NCBI RefSeq assembly: GCF_009914755.1
Contig: NC_060925.1
Length of the DNA stretch: 64,000 nucleotides
Strand: one strand, 5' to 3'
Origin: the human T2T-CHM13v2.0 reference genome, Homo sapiens
Numbering within the stretch: position 1 is the stretch's first letter; each line of letters opens with the position of its first letter. Both the position numbers and the translations under genes were made by a program. Below are positions 63,290 to 64,000 of the stretch, piece by piece. The notes under the pieces are model-generated. The model had not been told where the DNA came from. It searched no databases and worked only from the letters and a program-made list of their open reading frames with translations.

Positions 63290-63609
63290 AAGCTCACAGT
63301 CAAATACTTAAGTACCTGAAGAATAAAACTACCTCCAAAGAAAAATAATGAACTTGATGACATAAAATATATAAAGCACAATTATTGGAACAGAAAGATC
63401 AAGAACTTAGAATAAGTGTAACAAATATACGTTTGAGGATAAATATACTATCAATACAAAACAAGAAAAATGAAAGAAAAACAAACATGATAAAGTATTA
63501 GAAATAAAAATTTAATAATGGAAATTTTAAAAAATAGGGTAAATAATAGGATGGATCCAGCTGAATGGGAAACTGATGAGCTGAAAGATCAGATTAAGAA
63601 TGCCACAGG
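63290..63609 (+). mobile_element. Old L1M ORF1 fragment
   Basis: A-rich; aataataggatggatccagctgaatgggaaactgatgagctgaaagatcaga resembles ORF1 coiled-coil coding sequence. Confidence 0.6.
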
Positions 63610-63772
63610 ATCTATAGCGATAATCACTGGTTTTTGTCATTGGTTCTGTTTATGCGATGGATTACATTCATTGATTTGCATATGTTGAACCAGCCTTGCA
63701 TCCCAGGGATGAAGCTGACTTGACTGTGGTGGATAAGCTTTTTAATGTGCTGCTGGATTCGGTTGCCAGTAT
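63610..63772 (-). mobile_element. L1PA ORF2 internal fragment, interrupted by an Alu
   Basis: ggtttttgtcattggttctgtttatg...ccagccttgcatcccagggatgaagc...gccagtatttt, homologous to 18810-18975. Confidence 0.9.
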
Positions 63773-64000
63773 TTTTTTTTTTTTTTTTTTGAGATGAAGT
63801 CTCGCTCTCTTGCCCAGGCTGTAGTGCAGTGGTGCGGATCTCGGTTCACTGCAACCTCCACCTCCTGAGTTCAAGCAATTTTCCTGCCTCAGCTTCCTGA
63901 GTGAGTAGCTGGGATTACATGTGCCCACCACCAGGCCCAGCAAATTTTTGTATTTTTTTTAGTAGAGACGGGGTTTCACTGTATTGGCCAGGCTGGTCTC
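63773..64000 (-). mobile_element. Alu (AluS), runs off the end of the window
   Basis: Poly-T followed by gagatgaagtctcgctct...gccaggctggtctc. Confidence 0.95.

Overview
Primate (probably human or great-ape) repeat-rich intergenic or deep-intronic DNA; I could not recognise any cellular protein-coding exon or RNA gene, and I could not name the locus. Three large L1PA retrotransposons dominate: a full-length L1PA4-like copy on - (16560-22696), a full-length L1PA5-like copy on + (37278-43442) and a 5'-truncated L1PA8-like copy on + (59042-62357). All three have target-site duplications (TSDs) and disabled ORFs. The window also holds six Alus, old L1M, L2 and MIR fragments, ERVL/MaLR solo LTRs and MER82/MER53 DNA transposons. 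Most notable: (1) the two head-to-head full-length L1s have ends from different subfamilies but share about 9 apparently non-consensus substitutions across ORF2, suggesting ectopic gene conversion in an inversion-prone inverted repeat; (2) a 159-bp three-piece templated insertion at 32239-32397, copied from nearby DNA through microhomologies; (3) an ATG-initiated, 160-codon extended L1 ORF0 that reads out into flanking DNA; (4) a duplicated ~125-bp GATA/FOX-motif cassette; (5) an AT-rich fold-back palindrome; (6) a cluster of enhancer-like unique elements at 50-58 kb, the strongest at 55.5-55.9 kb. Repeat subfamily calls and consensus comparisons come from remembered consensus sequences, not from a search, and boundaries of old repeats are approximate.
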